A DNA stretch of 64,000 bases from Rhizobiaceae bacterium (lineage in GTDB: Bacteria > Pseudomonadota > Alphaproteobacteria > Rhizobiales > Rhizobiaceae). The DNA is taken from contig JAHBYW010000002.1 in assembly GCA_019635755.1 (NCBI GenBank), positions 627,591-691,590 on the forward strand, in the 5' to 3' direction. How positions within the stretch are numbered: position 1 is the stretch's first letter; every line of letters starts with the position of its first letter. The position numbers were made by a program, and so were the translations under genes. Positions 63,501-64,000 of this stretch are shown in pieces. The notes beneath the pieces were generated by a model. That model had not been told where the DNA came from. It ran no database searches and was given only the letters and a program-made list of their open reading frames with translations.

Positions 63501-63769
63501 TGCACGTCGCCTTCTCGCGCCACGACGGCGAGAAGACCTATGTGCAGGACCTGATCCGCAAGGAGCGCGCGGCGGTGTGGCGGCTGATCGAGGCCGGCGC
63601 GGTGGTCTTTGTGTGCGGTGACGGCAGTCGCATGGAGCCCGACGTGAAGCGGGCGCTGACGCGCATCTACGCCGAGGAGACCGACGCGCATGCCGACGCG
63701 GCGGACGCCTGGATGGAGACGATGATCGCGGAGAACCGCTACGTGCTCGACGTCTGGGCCGGCGGGTAG
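60551..63769 (+). CDS. Self-sufficient cytochrome P450 fused to NADPH-cytochrome P450 reductase (CYP102 / P450-BM3-like).
   Basis: It is about 1072 aa from the ATG at 60551. P450 haem loop FGNGQRACIGRQFA. Flavodoxin-like FMN domain (ILFGSNLGTTEE). FAD/NADPH ferredoxin-reductase domain (RYYSISSSP, GPGTGLAPFRAF). Confidence 0.85.
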   Translation: MAPKNALHPIPQPPGRPIVGNMLSFDSSQPLQSLMQMTRELGPIFWLDMMGTPLVVVSGASLVEELCDESRFDKAVRGSLRRIRAAAGDGLFTSDTAEPNWQKAHNILLPTFSHRAMSGYLPLMQDIAGQLCTKWERLNADDDIDVVHDMTALALDTIGVCGFDYRFNSFYRRDYHPFIDSLTRTLETAMVQRGLPFEKMLLRRRLGQMGDDIGFMSKLVDDIIRERRRGAADDAQKDLLNFMLAGVDKQTGESLSDENIRYQIITFLIAGHETTSGLLSFTLYFLLNNPDVLAKAYEEVDRVLGNDIGVPPTFQQINQLTYVQQILNEALRLWPTAPAIGLYPYKDEVIGGQYRLKKNTFITLLTLMLHRDTSVWGPDAEKFNPDNFSREAESARPANAFKPWGNGQRACIGRQFAMQEATLVVGMILQRFQLFDHLKYQLKIKESLSIKPDGFRIRVKPRPGRTRSATVAGAAIPANQNAAPAAETAKRPKHGTRATILFGSNLGTTEELARAIAGSAELNGFDVTLADLDAYAGDLPKDGAVIIASASYNGAPPDNATRFVKWLNEAQPGAANGVNYLVFGCGNRDWASTFQATPRMIDERMEALGARRLMPRGEADAREDLDGQFQSWFRTLWPSVGAALGLDVDFSQQARAAPLYDLEVVSAAASHPVIAQAGARPMTVRINRELQSPGSGRSTRHIEVALPEGVTYRPGDHLTVVPVNDVALVERVEKRFGFAPDAQIRLRTTGGRHAPFPIDGPLSVRRILSGYVELQAVATRTQVAAMAEHTRCPKTKPALEALASEAKDGADAYRADVFSKRRSVLDLLEHYPACELPFGVYLEMLPLLSPRYYSISSSPNAEPGVAAVTVGVVEGPARSGSGTYRGCCSNHLAHVLPGDVIHASIRETKAGFRLPDDAARPIIMVGPGTGLAPFRAFLQERGVRKAAGQALGPAMLFFGCRHPDQDFIYRDELEAAAANGLTALHVAFSRHDGEKTYVQDLIRKERAAVWRLIEAGAVVFVCGDGSRMEPDVKRALTRIYAEETDAHADAADAWMETMIAENRYVLDVWAGG

Positions 63770-63780
63770 CCGACGGCGCG

Positions 63781-63962
63781 CTCCCTCCCCCCTCGAGGGG
63801 AGGGTGGCCAGCCGCAGGCTGGCCGGGTGGGGTCTTCGCGGCGGCGCGCCGACGCCACGCTGCCGCTTCGTTCCGGCATGGATCCTGGGACAATGCGGTG
63901 GTGGGCGTCGTCCGCCACCCCCGCCGCCGTCATCCTCGGGCTTGTCCCGAGGATCCATTGCC
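63781..63962. repeat. Composite repeat region downstream of the P450 gene: a type-A hairpin (CCCTCCCCCCTCGAGGGGAGGG + GGCCAGCCGCAGGCTGGCC + GGGTGGGG), then a CCACCCCC arm, then RIME-like GGATCCTGGGACAA ... TTGTCCCGAGGATCC inverted repeats.
   Basis: Inverted repeats are read directly. They may double as a transcription terminator. Confidence 0.6.
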
Positions 63963-64000
63963 GGAACATGGCCGCGTTCCAACGGCGGGCGAAGCGCTCC

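Overview
The window is about 67% GC and reads as a chromosomal segment of a Rhizobiales-type alphaproteobacterium. The call rests on four things seen in the sequence: a Rhizobium-style glp operon (glpR-glpD-glpSTPQUV-glpK), the acpXL-lpxXL gene set for very-long-chain fatty-acid lipid A, a NodO-like RTX protein, and RIME-like GC-rich palindromic repeats. I call about 60 protein-coding genes.

In window order the main content is:
- the tail of a transglutaminase / proteasome-type-protease cluster, then a group II PLP-dependent decarboxylase
- the complete glp locus
- a dpp/gsi-type ABC importer
- a low-GC pocket where two inverted L,D-transpeptidase paralogs flank an M20 peptidase and a small RTX protein
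- a three-subunit DMSO-reductase-family molybdoenzyme with no Tat signal
- the lipid A very-long-chain acyl cluster, which lacks fabZXL at the position where it normally sits
- an SPFH protein and two tandem, structurally defective tRNA-like elements
- two GntR-type sugar or sugar-acid catabolic clusters that share a TCTTATATAAGA operator, interrupted by a low-GC HepT/MNT toxin-antitoxin pair
- a secreted caspase(C14)-TPR protein
- a KdgK fused to a proline-rich repetitive tail
- a FixH-like protein and a di-haem cytochrome c peroxidase
- putA, carrying an in-frame insertion of a roughly 105-nt palindromic repeat element
- a GIY-YIG protein and an ABM protein
- an Rrf2 regulator divergent from a self-sufficient P450-CPR (CYP102-like) fusion

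A mosaic family of GGGAGGG/CCCTCCC hairpins combined with GGGTGGGG/CCCCACCC arms recurs at least five times. Many ORFs of 600-1150 aa on the opposite strand of real genes are high-GC artefacts and were rejected. No CRISPR array, rRNA, or canonical phage or IS element was seen. Internal start coordinates that I derived may be off by 1-2 nt, because line indexing did not always agree exactly with the ORF track.
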